Origin: Protoeuglena noctilucae
Taxonomy: Eukaryota
Direction of reading: 5' to 3'
Assembly (NCBI GenBank): GCA_958009085.1
Contig: OY253680.1
Coordinates: forward strand, 124,001 to 188,000
Length of the DNA stretch: 64,000 bases
Below are positions 50,010 through 62,453 of the stretch, piece by piece. Position numbers and translations under genes: made by a program. The notes under the pieces were generated by a model that saw only the letters and a program-made list of their open reading frames with translations, had not been told where the DNA came from and made no database searches. How positions within the stretch are numbered: the first letter of the stretch is position 1; each line of letters opens with the position of its first letter.

Positions 50010-50201
50010 GGGGGATCGCATAGCTGCTCTCTGCTTTTACAAATGCTGCTCGAGATTGAAAGTTGCCTAAAAGTTCAAACAATTCGGCACACATGCAAGA
50101 AGTCACTGCTAGTGAGGCCCTTTCACTCAACACCCCTCATAGCGCCACCGGCACCCTTGCCGCCACCCCAACTGCCACCCTCGTCGCCACCCCCACCCCC
50201 C

Positions 50202-53200
50202 TCACGCCGCCATGGCCGTCATCGTTGCGATCTTCTGATCCACCGCAGCAATCTTCTCCTCCAAGACGGCCAGCTGCTGCCGCACCTCCCCCACCACGTC
50301 CGCCGGGGCCTTATCCACGAACTGCAGAAAGGTAGAAGTGAGAGGTTGACAAGCTGCGCCAGTCCACAAACTGCAAATCATGCAGCCCGCTCTTGTCAAT
50401 TGCTAGTAACTGGCAATCAACGACATCACTACCCCATCCCATGCCTCATCCGTTCCTCGCCTTGGGGTTCCCCAGCCTCGCCCTCAGCCCCTCGGCCTCC
50501 CCAGTCGCTATTCTTAATATGACTATCACCCATCACCAATCATAGTGCTATTGATACTCGCCTTGGTATTCTTCAGCCTGGCCCTCAGCCCCTCCACTCC
50601 CCATCGCCACTCCCATTTACCATTTACTATCTCCATCACCAACCCCAGTCACATCGATAGTACTACTCGCCTTGGGATTCTTCAGCCTCGCCCTCAGTCC
50701 CTCGGCCTCCTTGTCGATCTTCGCCCGCTGCCCTTTCAGTCTTTCGATTTCCTTAGCTGCATCAAACAGACCTGCCATGGGCAGGGAGACCTCCACACCC
50801 GGCATCACCACCAGCTGCACGGCGGCGTTGCTCTGAGGGAGAAGAGGGGTGTTGGGGTTGGGGTGATGGGGCGTGGGTGAGGCTAGGGGTGAGTGAGAGA
50901 GCTGGGGCAAGAGGTGGTGCATGAGTGTCGCTAATGGAGTGACTTGCAACCCTCACTCTCTTAAACCCTTTAAAACCCCTCACCACCACCCCACCCACCC
51001 CTCACCTGCCCCCCCGCCCCCTCACCTGCCCCAACCCCCCTCCCCACCACCCTCGTCCCCTCCCCAACCACATACCCCTCACCCTCACCACCCCACCCAT
51101 CACCCCCACCCCTCACCTGCCCCCCCGCCCCCTCCCCCACCACCCTTGTCCCCTCTTCCTCCAACTTGCACAGCAGCGCCACCAGGCCCATCTCCCGCTC
51201 CACCTCCCCCCGCAGCGCGGCGTCCTCGATGCAAATGGTGGCCGGGATGCGCCTTCCCAGCTCGACGTTGTACTCGGCTCTGGCGTTCCGCACCGACCGC
51301 ACGATGGCTTGGAGGGCGGCGTAGGAAGACTCGGCATCGGGGTCCCTGCGATGGGAAGGGGGGTGAATGGGTGTTGAATAGTAATGTTGTTGTATTTATC
51401 TTTATAATTACTTATACCATAATTCTTACCATAATAATGATAATCATAACAATACTCAACACACATATCACCACCTCCTCTCCGCAATTACCTGGGCAGG
51501 TCGTCCCTGGGCCACGGCTGCACCGTCAAACTGACCCCTTCTATGCGTGGCAATGCCAACCACAGCTCCTCGGTTACAAATGGCATCAGCGGGTGCAGCA
51601 ATCGGAGGAGCAGCTCGTAGCAGTATAGGGAGGTCTCGAGAGCAGCGGCCTTGCGGGCGGGGTCGCCTGGAGATGGGGGGGGTTGGGGAGGGGTGGAAGA
51701 GGGGGTGGTGTAAGGGGTGATGGGGGTGAGGGATGTGGGGTGGTTGAGGGGGGTGGGGTTGTGAGAGGGGTGTTGGGTGTGGTGGGAGGCAATGGGAGGC
51801 GGTGGTTGATATGCACAAGTAATATTGACGATCATATGGTGACGGCAAATAACACCACCGCGATATGCATTTATTGCTATTATACTAGCTATATTAATAA
51901 TAACAACAATCATTGCCCATTCTCTCACCCGAGTAGATGCGGTCCTTGGCGCTCTCGATGTACCAGTCGGCGAACTCTGACCAGAAGAAGTCATACAATA
52001 CCCTCCCAGCCTCTGCCATTTCCAGCTTGTCCAGAAGCGCAGTGACCCGCGACGCCACGGCATGTGTCTGGGACACCACCCAGCGCTCGGCCAGGGGGAG
52101 CTGGGAACGGGAAGGAGAAGGTACTACTGTTAATGATGATAGTAAAGTAATTGATATTGATATTGATAGTGATAGTGATAGTGATAGTGATATTGATATT
52201 GATATTGATATTGATAGTGATAGTGATAGTGATAGTGATAGTGATAGTGATAGTGATAGTGATAGTGATAGTGATATACCCCTCTCTCACCTCCCCCATC
52301 CTCTCCGGCACCGTCGCCGCCCTCTCCGCCATCTCCGCCACCTCGTCATCGGTCGAATCTTTCAGAGAGAATTCGAGGAACTTGCCCGCGTTCCACACCT
52401 TGTTGGTGAAGTTGCGGTTGGCAAGCACACGATCTAGGCTGAGGTTCAGGTCCTGGCCCACGGCCGTGCCGGTGGCAAGGGTGAACCTGGGGGGGAAGGG
52501 GGGTTGAGAGGGGGCGATTTACCAAAATTTGCATAATAACTATGATATTACTAATTACAATAATGTTCATTTCTATAAAAAAATTATCACAATTCATATT
52601 GAAATTTAAATACATTACCGTCAATATTCGACAACATCATAAACTATATAAGTATAAGTCCATAATCACTCACCTGCGAGCGTCGCATCCGTACTCGGCG
52701 ATGGTGTCCACCGGGTCCACGACGATGTCCAGCGACATGAGCAATATCTAGCTATAATTACACACATATATATAAACACTACTCACCTGAGAGCGTCGCA
52801 TCCGTACTCGGCAATGGTGTCCACCGGGTCCACCACGTTGCCCAGGGACTTGGACATCTTGCGACCCTTCTCGTCCCGCACTAGGCCATGCAGGAAGACG
52901 GTCTGGAAGGGGGGTTGGCCCGTGAACTGCGGGGGTGAGGGGTGGGGGTTGGGGTGAGGGTGGCAGTGGGGGTGGTGTTAAGGGTGGGGGTGGGGGTGGG
53001 GGTGAGGGTGGCAATGGTGAGAGTAACAGTCATCGCCACCCCTCACCTCAATGCCCATCATCATCACCACCCATTATAATCCATTATCCATCATCATTAC
53101 CCACGACCATCCCTCACCTCGATGCCCATCATGATCATCCTCGCCACCCAGAAGAAAAGGATGTCGTGGCCCGTCTCCAACACTGCATGGACAACACGGA

Positions 53201-56200
53201 TAGTAACATAGTAAGACCCTAACCCTAGAAAGGAGACAGAATAATACAGCTCATGTCACATCACATCACAGCTCATCTCACCCGTAGTCGGATAGTACTT
53301 TTTCAAATCCCCCGCCCCCTCCCCCGGCCACCCCAGGGTGCTAAAGGGCCACAGACCGGAGGAAAACCACGTGTCCAACACGTCAGGATCCTGTGTCAGA
53401 ATCACGCCGGGGCCGTGGCGGGCGCGGGCGAGCGACTCGGCCTCGGCTTGGGTGCGGGCGACGACGTAGGTGGAGGTGCTGGGGTGAGGGGAGAGGGGGT
53501 GGGGTGTTATGGGGTTGGTGTGTGGTGGTGGTGGTGATGGTGTAACCCTCGCTAACCCTTCCCATACACCAACCCCCCCTCACCGCCCCTCGTTCGCCTC
53601 CAATACACCGCACACAAACCTCCACCGCCATATACACCCCACCCCCATATACACCACCCTTACTCACCGCCCCTCGTTGGCCTCCCATGCCGCGTCCCCA
53701 TCACTCGCTACCCCACACTCTATAACCATTCTACAACCCAACCCCCCCTCCATACACCACCCCCCCTCACCGCCCCTCGTTGGCCTCCAGCGCCGCATCT
53801 GCCGCCTCCTTTGACTCGTGCACGTACCACACGGGGATGCGGTGTCCCCACCAGACCTGCCTCGAGATGCACCAGTCGCGGATGTTCTCCAGCCAGCCGT
53901 TGTAGATGCCCACGAAGCGCTGCGGGGGGTGAGTGGGGGGATGGGGGTGGGAGAGTAATTGCACACACAGACACACCCACACAATTACACCCGCACCCAC
54001 ACACACCACCCTACGCTCCCGTCCCGCACCTCACATCACTCACCCGCATCCACACCCACACCCACCCACCCACCCACCACTCACCTCCGGCAGTATCGTG
54101 ATGCTCCCGTCCCGCACCGCCCCCAGCGCCGGCTCCGCCAGCGGCTGCATTCTGACGAACCACTGCTCTGACACCATCGGCTCGACGATCTCGCCCCCGC
54201 GCTGGGAGCGGGGGACGCGGGTGACGTAGTCTTCCACTTTGATCACCAGGCCCTCCTTCTGTGGGTGGGAGGCGGGAGGGGTGATATGAGAGATGCGTAA
54301 GCAATGTGACGTAGTCCTGTACCTTGATAACCAGTCCCTCTTTCTGTGGGTGGGAGGTGAGGGGCCAGAGGGGTGACATGGGAGGGGTGACACGTTATCT
54401 ACTCTTACCACCAGGCCCTCCTGTGGGTGTGCCTGTGTATGTGTGGTGACACAGTGTGATATCAACACATGGATGCTTTGGTACGTACTGTGTAACGCGC
54501 GCCATGGCCATCGCCTCACCTCCATGTCTGCCCACAGCGCCTCCCTTGCTTTGAATCGGTCCAGGCCGGCGTACCTGCGACGATATACATGGGTAAGTGT
54601 GTTCATAAGTGAGTGGTTACTTGAGAAACGCCCCTCCACTGCAACACACAACAGCACTCGACACCCACCGCTCCACCCTTCACAACAACACGCACCTCCC
54701 CTCCGCCCCACCACCACTACATCCCCCCTTTACCCGCACCGCCCTGCCACCCTCACAACAACATCACCGCTCCACCCACTCCACCCTGCCACCCAACCGC
54801 ACCACCCCCTCATCCCTCACCTCCCCTCCACCCCTCAACGACAACAACCCCCCTCATCCGATCCCTCACCTCCCCGCCGCCTCGTTCATCGACCCGTCCC
54901 GGTTCATGATGCTGATGATGGGCAGGTCCAGGCGCTTGCCGATCTCCCAGTCATTCGGATCGTGGCCGGGGGTGATCTTCAAAGCGCCTGTCCCGAACTG
55001 CAAGCGATGAGCGATGGGGGTGGAGTGAGTGATGGAAGGGGGAGGGAGTGGTCATCAGAGCACCCGTCCTAAATTGCACACAATGGCACATCACATCTCG
55101 GCATCGGTGCAGCACAGAACAGCACAGCACGATTGCAGTGACACACAGCCATGACCACAGCATTACTCACCTCCATGTCCACGTACTCGTCCGCCACGAT
55201 GGGCACCGTGCGCCCGCCGGACATGGGCACCACGCACTCCTTGCCCACCAAGTGACGGTAGCGCTGCGGGGGAGACAGTGTGTAGTGTGCAGGTTGTGTC
55301 ATGTAGTGTGCCCTACCCCGTCGCCCACCCATCACCGTTCAACTGAGCTAGCTGTAAAAACCACCACAGCCACTAGCCCCTGTCTCCACCAACTAGCCCC
55401 TCGCCCACCCCACCCACGCCCTCTCACCTCGTCGTTGGGGTTGACCGCCACCGCGGTGTCTCCGAGGATGGTCTCGGGGCGCGTGGTGGCCACGGGGAGG
55501 AAGTCGCTGCCGCCGGCGACGGGGTACTTGAAGAAATAAAGCTTGCCTTTCTCCTCCGAGAAGTCCACCTCTGCGGATGGCCAACGACGGCGCAGTGGTA
55601 TTGCATTGCAATGGCGAGGGGACACGAGTCATGGATTGGCGCCGCGACGCGACCGGGCGACCTGGCTGGAGCACCAAGAGTTGCAAATAGCTCCATACAT
55701 GCAAAACGCCACACGCGCACCGATGTCGGAGACGGCCGTCTGCAGCGCGGGCGACCAGTTGACCATGTAGGCCCCGCGGTAGATGAGGCCCTTGTCGTGG
55801 AGCCGGACGAAGGCCTCCGCGACGCCCCGGCTGAGGTCCTCGTCCAGCGTGAAGCGCTCGCGGCTCCAGTCGCATGACGCGCCCAAGCGGCGAAGCTGCG
55901 ACAAGACGGCAGCGAACGTGATGCCCGCTGCAGCCTCGCGAAGCGCGGAAAGCAAGCAGCGCTACGCATGGAACAAGGTTGACACAACATGCTTCCATCG
56001 CGAACCTGCATCGTGATGAAGCCGCCGTACTCGCGCTTCCACTCCCACACTCGATCCACAAAGGCCTCGCGGCCCATTGCGAGCCGAGAGACGCCTTCCT
56101 TGGCCAGCATCTTCTCCACGACCATCTGCGGTCGGAACGGGTCACTGCGGTTATTGTTCGCACCTCAACCCGCGCCCGCCGGCCCCTGCTGTGGAGAGCC

Positions 56201-56821
56201 ACCAGCGCCTTGCTCCCTCGCGCGCGCGCAAAAGCAAACGCCCTTGCGCGATATCCCAGCCGCGCGCGAGAGCAAACAAGGCCTCCAATGTGGCGCGACC
56301 GCCCCGCAACACACCTGCGTGGCGATGCCGGCGTGGTCCGTCCCGGGCAGCCACAGCGTTGGCCGCCCGCGCATGCGCTGGAAGCGGACCATAATGTCCT
56401 GGAACGTGGCGAACATGGCGTGTCCCATATGCAGACGCCCCGTGACGTTCGGCGGCGGCATCGGAACGACGAACGGGTCGCCTGCGGCCCGCTGCGCGTT
56501 GGCCGGGTGGTCCGGGCTGAAAAAGCCCTGCTCCTCCCACCAGGCGTACAGCTGCTCCTCGCGAGCCACGTCGAAGTTCTTATGCAGCTCCTTCCGCTGC
56601 GTGACGGCGGACGCGCGGGCCCGGACGGCCGCGCGGCTGGCCACGGCCCCTCCGGCCGTCCACATCCCGGGCACCCGCGTCGCCGGGCCCGCCCCGGAAG
56701 ACGACGCGAGGCGCCAGCTAGTCGCCCGCATCATCAGGCTCGCGCAAAAGGTGGGTCCCGGGCACAGCGGGGGCCGAAGCATGGCGCTGGGCCGAGATGG
56801 CAGGGCCAGCTGGGCCTTCAT
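50202..56821 (-). CDS. valS: Valyl-tRNA synthetase, organellar (bacterial-type) with transit peptide
   Basis: [93 protein letters not shown]-terminal coiled coil, TGA at 50202-50204. Confidence 0.97.
52150..52276. repeat. Compound hexamer microsatellite (GATAGT)n/(GATATT)n in a ValRS intron
   Basis: Directly visible, about 20 units. Confidence 0.95.
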
Positions 56822-57237
56822 CTTGCCATCCGCGCCGTGGTGGACGCGCTAGGGTCGACGTAGCAGTGCCTACAGCTATTACCGAGCGATGTGCCCGTGA
56901 AGCGCCCAAGAACAAGCTGCCTTTGCTTCTGGCAGCTTGCGGCACAAAGGGTGACGGTGCAGCTTTGGGGGAGCAGCCATGCCAGAAGATTCTCCCACGT
57001 CCACCTCTGCTCTACACTTGTCTCTCATTGGCATGCACACCGTCTAATCGACTCTGTTAGGAGCTTCAACCGTGGTCGTCCCACCGAGTGACAAGTCTAG
57101 CCATCCGACTTGCTGGCCTAGCCCCCCGATCAAGCAGCCAGTACTTCGTCGCCAGCAACCCCCGTAGAGCGGGGCGCAGGTCAACAAGTTAACCCGCGAT
57201 GAGCCCACCCACTGCAGTCCTACGCCCCCTGCCAGTC

Positions 57238-57792
57238 TCACTTGGCCCTTGGGTCGGTCGACACCACGTCGACGATGTCCTGAATCGACACCACCTTGTC
57301 AATCACAGAGTCGGGGAACTCCACCTGCGGCCAGACGCGACGGAGCTAGTGAGCCTAGCAGCCGAGGAGAGCTCAGTCGATGGCTTGGTGCTGCTGCACC
57401 GTGAATGAGGCACCAGCCCTCACCCCGAACTCCTCCTCCACCGCCATCAAGACCTCCGTCTGCTCAAGCGAGTCCAGTCCGAGGTCCTTCCCCAGCGCGG
57501 AGTCCGCCTCCACCTTCGCCCCCTTGAGCGCAGGCATGTCCTCCGCCAGCTTCTGCGGAAACAGCGCAGTGATCGTCCGTTTCGCGCGCGGAGACGCTCT
57601 CTGCCTTGGTGTCGTGCCGTAACACACGGAGCGAGCCAGTGAAAGCAAAAAGACCCGTGGAGAAGTCGAACTCACCCCGAAGAGGGCCGCGACCCGCTGG
57701 TGGACCACGTCACGGTCCAGGAAGCCTCCCGTGACGAAGCAGCGGGGCTGCGGGCGGGGCCAAACACGCACGCTTCTCGACAGAATCGACAT
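57238..57792 (-). CDS. Mitochondrial-type acyl carrier protein (3 exons)
   Basis: Presequence MSILSRSVRVWPRPQPRCF, then FLDRDVVHQRV, KDLGLDSLEQTEVLMAVEEEFG|VEFPD..DIVDVVSTDPRAK*. Confidence 0.9.
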
Positions 57793-58668
57793 CGGCGGCG
57801 CGGGGCGCCGAGGCCGATGGCCGGGGCCGTGTGGGAGCCGGAGAACTGGCCTCGGCTCCGTCCAGTCCCTCACTGTCCACGCGCGCTCAGCCGCCTCGGT
57901 TCCTAGCTCGCGTGGTCAGTGAACCAGTCAGCTCTAGTCTCCGCGGCGAAAGGAGCGATACCCTGCGTCCCTCGCCTGAGACCACGCCCCCGCCAGGCCC
58001 GGCTGCAGTCCGCTCGCTTGGAGCAGAGACCTCCCGATCCTGCCCAGCCGCAGCATCAGATCCCTACCAAGAACACGCTCCTCGAAGTACGGGCCCGTAA
58101 GGAGGCCTGAAAGAGAGGAGAGGAGAGGAAAGCGCCAGCGCGTCGCGATGCCCGAGTCAGCCGGTGGTCGAGTGGTCCGCTGACGCAAATTGGCACACCC
58201 ACGGCATCCGGCTGGCATTAGGGCCCCGATTCTGCCGAAGTTTCTGGCTCCGTGCCAGACCTGCTCGTGGGGGCGCACATTGGCGGCGAGCGTCCCTGTT
58301 CTCGACCATTGAGGACTTTGCATGCATCTCAGGTCAAGCCGACTGGACGGCTCTGCGACGTGGGCCTGGACGACCGGAGACTCGTCGCAATAACGGTGAT
58401 TCTGCCCTATACCTGGTTGCTCATATGAGCTAGGAACGGATGCCGCCCTAGCTGCTGTCCACGGGGTAGCAGGAGGCCCCGGGAGTGCTGGGAACGGGTC
58501 CGACGCCTTGCCGCGCCCCGCGAGGCCGTCCTAGGCGCCACGGTGCGCCCATGCCTTCCCCGACGTGCTTCCGTTGCAGGAGACACCAGTAACTAACCCA
58601 AGCGTCTGTCCTTCGGACCTGTGACCGGCTTGGCGGCCGCCGTTTCGACCTGCCGAGCGCCTGGGAAA

Positions 58669-61600
58669 ATGGACAGCAAGCGGCCAGTCGGGCGGTCGGA
58701 GCCGGAGCCGATCCGACAGGTGGTTGGGTTCCAAGTTGCGGGAATGGAGGAGAGCCCGGCTTCGCTGGGCAAGCTCGCGCGCAACAAGGAGCAGGGCGGG
58801 TCGGACTCATCGCTGCAGCCGCTCGTCACCATCGTCCCCACGGCCTTCTCCGGCCGGCGAGACAGCGCGCGGGGGGGAGGAACACCTGCGGAATCCCAAA
58901 CAGGTGCGTGGCGGGGCGCAGCGCAGTGCGGCGCGCAGGGAGAGGCATGCAAAGATGCGATGACAGGAAGCTGCTGGCAGTTGCGCCGCGATTCGCCGAA
59001 AGAGGCGAGACGCTGCTGAATACTCGCGTCATTTGCAGAAGTGAATCTCCAGATGGGAGAGCCGATGCCGGAGGAGCCCGGGACGCCGACCATCCTGTCG
59101 ATGAACCGTGCCCAGTCCACAGGACCAGGCTTGAAAGCTCCCGCGCCTCAAGTGAGCTCACGATGCAGTAGCATGACAGCTTTCGGTGTGTGCCTGGCTG
59201 GCGTCCCCCAGGATGCGGTCTGCCGTGCTGAGCGGTGTTTGCTGACAGTGCTAAGGATGATGACATGCTGCATGTTGGGGTACGTCAGCCAGGCATACAC
59301 CGAGAGCTGTCGTGCCCGTGCATGCTCGCAACCGACCATTGCTTCCCTAGCCCAAAAAATACTGCTAATGCCTGGTGCCTCTACTCGCCTGCAGGAGCGC
59401 CACTCAGATGGGTCCACTACACGGCAGCACCCCTACATCGAGACGGCCAATTCAGTCCAGGCTGCCTCAGATGAAGGTCAGTTGTCATCGTGCCTAGCAT
59501 GCTACCCCTTTGTCGCACGCTGCCGCTCCCTCACACACCTTGCGCAAACCCTACCGCTCCCTCACACGCCACCGCTCCCTCACACCCACCCACCCTTCTG
59601 CTGCCCCCCCAGATTCCCCAGGCCTGCGCCCGTCCATGCCAAGCCCCACCACCTCGGCACCGCCCCTGCCCACGGTCGCCAAGGCAGTGCCCTTGGAGGT
59701 TGAACCCCCACCGCCGTTGCGGACTGCGGGGTCCGGGGAGGTTCGCCCTGGGGCCTTCAGCAAGCAGGAAAGGCAGGACAGGCCTGGGAAGGAAGCGGAG
59801 ATCGGGGAGGGTTCGCGTGGGGCGGGTCCTGCTACGCAGGACAGAGGGCGCGAGCGTGGGGAGGGTGCTAAGGCGCCACAGCGTGCGGAGAGCGGTGGGA
59901 GGGAGGGCGTGCAAGGGGATGCTGGGGCCCGGCCGGCCGGGGGCTCGGAGCAGGGCAGGCGGGGTGCGGGGAACGAGGGTGCGGGCGGTGGGAAGAAGGG
60001 GCCGGGGGAGGGTGGGGAGGGCAGGAAGGACCGGGGGACGGATTTCGTCCCCAAGCCTCGCATGACGTGAGTGGAACAGAGGATGAGATTGCACGAGGGG
60101 CGCCGTGTGCAGTGGCAGGTGCTAGCTGGTGCGCTGACAGCAAGCATGCAAGGGTGCTACTGTAAACGCTTTCTTTGATATCACCAATGCAGGAAGGAGG
60201 AGCGGCGCGCGCTTCAGGAGAGCCAGCGGCTGGCCAAGGCGGAGGCGAAGGCGAACGCCAAGACCAGCAAGGGTGCCAGCGAGGGCGGGTGCGAAGGGGG
60301 CAAGGAGCCGTACAGGTGCTCCGTATGCAAGGAGCCGGGGCACAACATGAGGACCTGCCCTCACAGGCAGGGGGGCAAGGAGGGCGGGGGCGAGGCGGCC
60401 GGCGGCGCGGGGCAGAAGGCCGCGGGGCAGCAGGGGGCGCCCGGGGGTCGCAAGTCGGGAGACAGCGTGCGGGGCAAGGATGCGGGGGCGGGCAAGGATG
60501 GGGCCAAGGCGGCGGGCGGCAAGGGTGTTCCCCGGGAGCGGCCCCGTGGGGAGATCAACCAAGTGGAGTTGTTCGCTCATTTGGAGCACTATGACCCGTC
60601 CATCGTCCAGCGCCTCATCGTGGACCGAGACCCGAACGTGAGCGGCACTGGGCGCGCGTTGTGGATCGTTTGGTGATGATCATGAAAGAGCGTAACCACG
60701 GCTTTGGTTGTGACACCTCGCGTTTCTTCAGGTGGATTCTCCCATTCTTGTTGACACCCCATCGCTTTCCTCTTCCCTTTCTTCCCCTCAGGTGGACGCC
60801 CCCATCCACGCCGCCTGGCTGCGCATGGCCCGGGACACGGCCGAGCTCAAGATCGTCGGGGGCGACGCGAGATGCGAGGCATTGCTCCGTGCCTTCGCCG
60901 AGCTCATCCGGGACTACGAGCCCCCCCGGGAGGCCTCCAAGTCCCTGGGGAAGGACCTGTTGTTGAAAATCAACAAGCACGTGGACTTCCTGCTCAAGTT
61001 CCGGCCCCAGGCGTCGGCCATGGGCAACGCCACGAGGTTCGTCAAGATCGAGGTCGGCAAGCTGCCCCAGGACATCAACCGCAACGAGTGGCCGTCCTAC
61101 AGGCGAGTGTGCGCGGCGTGCTTTGCTGTTTGCCGGCCTGACCACCCTCTGGGAGCGTGCAGGTCCGCGTGTCAGTTTGTGCTAGTCTGTGCCGGTTGAG
61201 CTGTGCTAAAAGCTTACCTTGCTCGACTCTTAGCCGATGCTTTAGCTCCCGGTCCCAAGCCCCACCTCGTCTTTGCACACCTGCCTCACCCCCACCACAC
61301 GCGCGCCCGTCGCGACCCCCTGTACCACACCACACCACCCCCACCCCCTTGTCGCCCGCAGGGACATGCTGTTGGCCAAGATCGACACCTTCCTTTACGA
61401 ACGGGTCAAGGTGGCTGCGGAGGACACGGCTCTGTACGCCTGCGACAAGGTGCTAAACGGTGACGTCGTGCTCACCTACTGCTACTCGGCGCTCGTCGCC
61501 AAGACGCTGCTGGAGGCCAAGGCGCAGGGCAAGCGGTTCAGGTGAGGGGCAGGATGCATGGGTACAGGACTGTGCTTGTGTGGTGGAGGCATGCGGACAT

Positions 61601-62453
61601 GGGATGGTCGACGGCTGGGCAGCCGGCAAGCGTCTCCAATGCGGCACCATGTTGGCGCGGCATTGTGGGCATGGATCGCGGATCGCTTTGCTTGCTATCT
61701 TTTTGCAACTTGCCCACGATTGTCCCCTCCTGTCGCAGCGTGGTGGTGGTGGACTCTCGGCCCCGCATCGACGGGCAGAGGGCCGTGGAGGAGCTCACGG
61801 CGGCTGGCATCTCGTGCCAGTACGCGGACGTCACAGGCGAGTGCCGGCATGGAGCAATGTTGGGTCTGCGATGGCCATGGCCATGGCGTCGACGGAACGC
61901 CTTTGGCCCCTGCCACGCCCGCAGCGCTGTCCTACATCATGCGCGAGGCCACCAAGGTCCTGTTCGCTGCGAGCGCCGTCCTCGCGAACGGCAGCGTCTT
62001 CGCGCGCGCGGGCTCCGCGATGGTGGCGCTGGTGGCCAGGTCTTACTCAGTGCCTGTCATCGTCCTGGCCGAGACGAACAAGTTTCACGAGCGCGTGCAG
62101 CTGGACGCCATCACGACCAACGAGCTCCTCGACCCGCGCGCGCTCATGCAGTTCTCCTTCGAAGGGCCCTCGGAGGCGGAGGTGAAGGGCGCAGCCAACA
62201 TGGTGAGCAGCCGTGCGCGCAGCTGCAAATGCGCGGTGCGCCCGGGCGCCCACGGCCGCGGCCGCGCTCACGTGCATGGCATCGCGTCTTGTCGCAGAAG
62301 AACCTGCAGCTGCTCAACCTCAACTTCGACGTCACGCCGGCCGACCTCGTCACGGTCGTGGCCACGGAGGCGGGCCTGGTGCCGCCCTCGGCCGTGCCCG
62401 TCATCCTGCGCGAGTACCGCAAGGACCTCCACGCCAACCTGGGCAATGCCTGA
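58669..62453 (+). CDS. EIF2B4: Translation initiation factor eIF2B delta subunit
   Basis: Plant-like start MDSKR..IRQVVGF; KEERRALQESQRLAK; VELFAHLEHY; IVGGDARC; RPQASAMGNA; GDVVLTY; VVVVDSRPRIDG; LANGSVFARAGSA; ETNKFHERVQLDAITTNEL; LNLNFDVTP..PVILREY. Confidence 0.93.

Noticed and set aside
51937..52507. ORFs with poly-DS, poly-IT or poly-IV tracts
   Set aside because: Translations of an intronic hexamer microsatellite.
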